Origin: a virus
Strand: one strand, 5' to 3'
DNA: 38,285 bases
IMG/VR virus record: IMGVR_UViG_3300033518_000151
A model generated the notes under the pieces. That model had not been told where the DNA came from. It did no database searches and saw only the letters and a list, made by a program, of their open reading frames with translations. The position numbers were made by a program, and so were the translations under genes. Within the stretch, counting starts at the first letter, position 1, and every line of letters begins with the position of its first letter. Of this stretch, positions 37,132 to 38,285 are shown piece by piece.

Positions 37132-38187
37132 ATGCAAATTAAAATCTACACAAAAACTCATAGCCCTCTTACAACACTTATTCAAACAAGAACAGAGTCA
37201 GACTTTAATGCTCTAACTTATAAAGAGACACTTCATCAAGTTGGTGATTGTTCTTTCTCTATGAGACTTGATGGAAGCAAAGCAAACCTTGTTAATCTAA
37301 AGCAGTTCAATATTGTTGAAGTATGTGAAGATAATGGAACAGTAAAATGGAGTGGAGTAATTATCTATAGAAGAGTTCTTTTGAATGTAGTTAATATTAC
37401 ATGTTTTAGTATTGCTCACTTACTTACTAAAAGAATTACACCTGCAAACAATGCACAGGTAGGAACAGCCGGAGCAGTAGTAACAAACTTACTTGCTACA
37501 ACTAATGCTGTACTTGATACACAAATTACTGCAGGAGTATTAACGGACCCAGCAAACGTGAATCTTACTTTTAATCGCTCTTCTGTATTCGATGCACTAA
37601 AGACTGTATCTGAAGCTTCAGGTGGACAGTTCAGAATCAACCCTGACAGAACACTAGACTTTAAAACTTCAATAGGAAGTGATCTATCTTCTTCAGTTAT
37701 TTTTCAGTACAATATAGATTTAATTGCAGCAGCTAATATTCTTACATTCCAAGTTGAAGATGATGCTAAGTCTATTACAACAAAAACTTATGGAGAGAGT
37801 GGGGCACTTACAACAACTCAGACTAATACACCACTCTATGATGAATACGGATTGTTTGAAGAATACAAGAATTATAGAGAGCTAGGAAATCAGGGAACAC
37901 TAGATAGTACAGCTTTAGAAAATAACAGAGGTTCAGAGTTATCCCCACTTTTGAATCTCTCACCTGATGTAATAGATAACTTTGAGGTAGGTGATCTAGT
38001 AAAAGTTATCATTAAAAACAAGCTCATCAATATCAATTCTGTTTATCAAGTTACTGAAAAATCGGTTAAAATAAAGGGAGGAAACGAAAGACAGATAACA
38101 ATCAGAGTTAACAGCAATAACTCAGACTTCTTTAAACAGATCAAAGACCTTAAAAGGTCAGTTGACTTGTTGATAAGAACAGTGTAG
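37132..38187 (+). CDS. Tail-associated / baseplate hub protein (Tal N-terminal domain-like, Gp37-like).
   Basis: 351 aa. It follows Dit and precedes the fibre gene on the circular map. Confidence 0.5.
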   Translation: MQIKIYTKTHSPLTTLIQTRTESDFNALTYKETLHQVGDCSFSMRLDGSKANLVNLKQFNIVEVCEDNGTVKWSGVIIYRRVLLNVVNITCFSIAHLLTKRITPANNAQVGTAGAVVTNLLATTNAVLDTQITAGVLTDPANVNLTFNRSSVFDALKTVSEASGGQFRINPDRTLDFKTSIGSDLSSSVIFQYNIDLIAAANILTFQVEDDAKSITTKTYGESGALTTTQTNTPLYDEYGLFEEYKNYRELGNQGTLDSTALENNRGSELSPLLNLSPDVIDNFEVGDLVKVIIKNKLININSVYQVTEKSVKIKGGNERQITIRVNSNNSDFFKQIKDLKRSVDLLIRTV

Positions 38188-38285
38188 TCGTGGTATCATA
38201 TAATATATGTCAACAAGAACTTTTTTCCTAAATTCAAACACTACTCAATATGGTGAAGAAGAATTAAACGCAGTTCAGAAATTTC
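38145..38285. repeat. Terminal direct repeat, right copy (identical to 1-141).
   Basis: Exact 141-nt identity with the window start. The partial ORF starting at 38207 duplicates the start of the gene at 63. Confidence 0.95.

Noticed and set aside
314-37640. All minus-strand ORFs in the track (for example 314-838, 4032-4291, 7288-7606, 9802-10005, 13237-13853, 18021-18263, 18648-18869, 23263-23484, 25391-25606, 34069-34314, 34873-35253, 37416-37640).
   Set aside because: Each lies antisense inside a longer + strand gene with clear protein motifs. Their translations are low-complexity or Cys/Ser/Leu-rich, typical of antisense frames of AT-rich genes. None has promoter or terminator support, and the genome is otherwise strictly unidirectional.
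1-38285. Genome-wide stop-codon reassignment (TAG or TGA read as sense in the late genes).
   Set aside because: Every large structural and replication gene is intact under the standard code, with no internal TAG or TGA. Only the single junction at 16733 is a candidate, and it is reported separately as a low-certainty finding.
1-38285. A diversity-generating retroelement or retron that could explain the repeat-rich fibre genes.
   Set aside because: No reverse-transcriptase-like ORF (no YxDD motif protein) exists in the window, and I found no template/variable repeat pair with adenine-specific differences.
38207-38285. The partial ORF at the right end (MSTRTFFLNSNTTQYGEEELNAVQKF).
   Set aside because: It is the duplicated start of the tail-fibre gene at 63, inside the 141-bp assembly overlap, and not a separate gene.

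Overview
The window is a complete, AT-rich (mid-30s % GC by eye, not computed) tailed-phage genome of 38,144 unique bp. Bases 1-141 recur exactly at 38145-38285, which is the signature of a circular or circularly permuted genome closed by an assembly overlap. All credible genes (about 65, including about 8 below the 60-aa cutoff of the ORF track) lie on the + strand. Every minus-strand ORF in the track is nested antisense inside a better + strand gene. Gene order: tail fibre (63-1811); lysis genes (1816-2920); an early replication/recombination module (3293-14931) with an HTH/replication-initiator-like protein, RecT, YqaJ exonuclease, SSB, SF2 helicase, NinG, ParB-like nuclease, C5 DNA methyltransferase and three HNH homing endonucleases; a block of about 20 very small accessory genes (15018-19202); then an HK97-type siphovirus morphogenesis module (19282-38187) with TerS, TerL, a portal-MuF fusion, prohead protease, major capsid, connectors, major tail, chaperone, tape measure, Dit and Tal. 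I saw no integrase, repressor, reverse transcriptase, CRISPR array, rRNA or canonical tRNA. Most notable observations: (1) at 16068-16181, a circularly permuted tRNA-like RNA. It has canonical D-arm, T-arm, 5-nt variable loop and anticodon stem, but the acceptor stem is capped by a hexaloop and the anticodon loop is replaced by a 14-bp terminal stem followed by a U-run, the architecture described for bacterial/phage YrlA-type Y RNAs. Beside it is a compositionally foreign small ORF with the only strong Shine-Dalgarno site I noticed. (2) A five-gene accessory structural block inserted between capsid and connector genes, ending in an 897-aa protein with about 35 tandem 14-residue repeats. (3) Nine or ten genes whose ATG sits exactly 6-7 nt after an (extended) -10 element, which predicts leaderless mRNAs. 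(4) Five copies of a conserved early promoter/leader cassette (GTTACGCACAG ... TTTACT-N17-TATAAT ... TAAGCAAT ... ATGACAA). (5) Near-absence of TGA stop codons, plus one in-frame TGA separating a signal anchor from a lytic-transglycosylase domain. All functional calls rest on motif recognition by eye. No database search was run.
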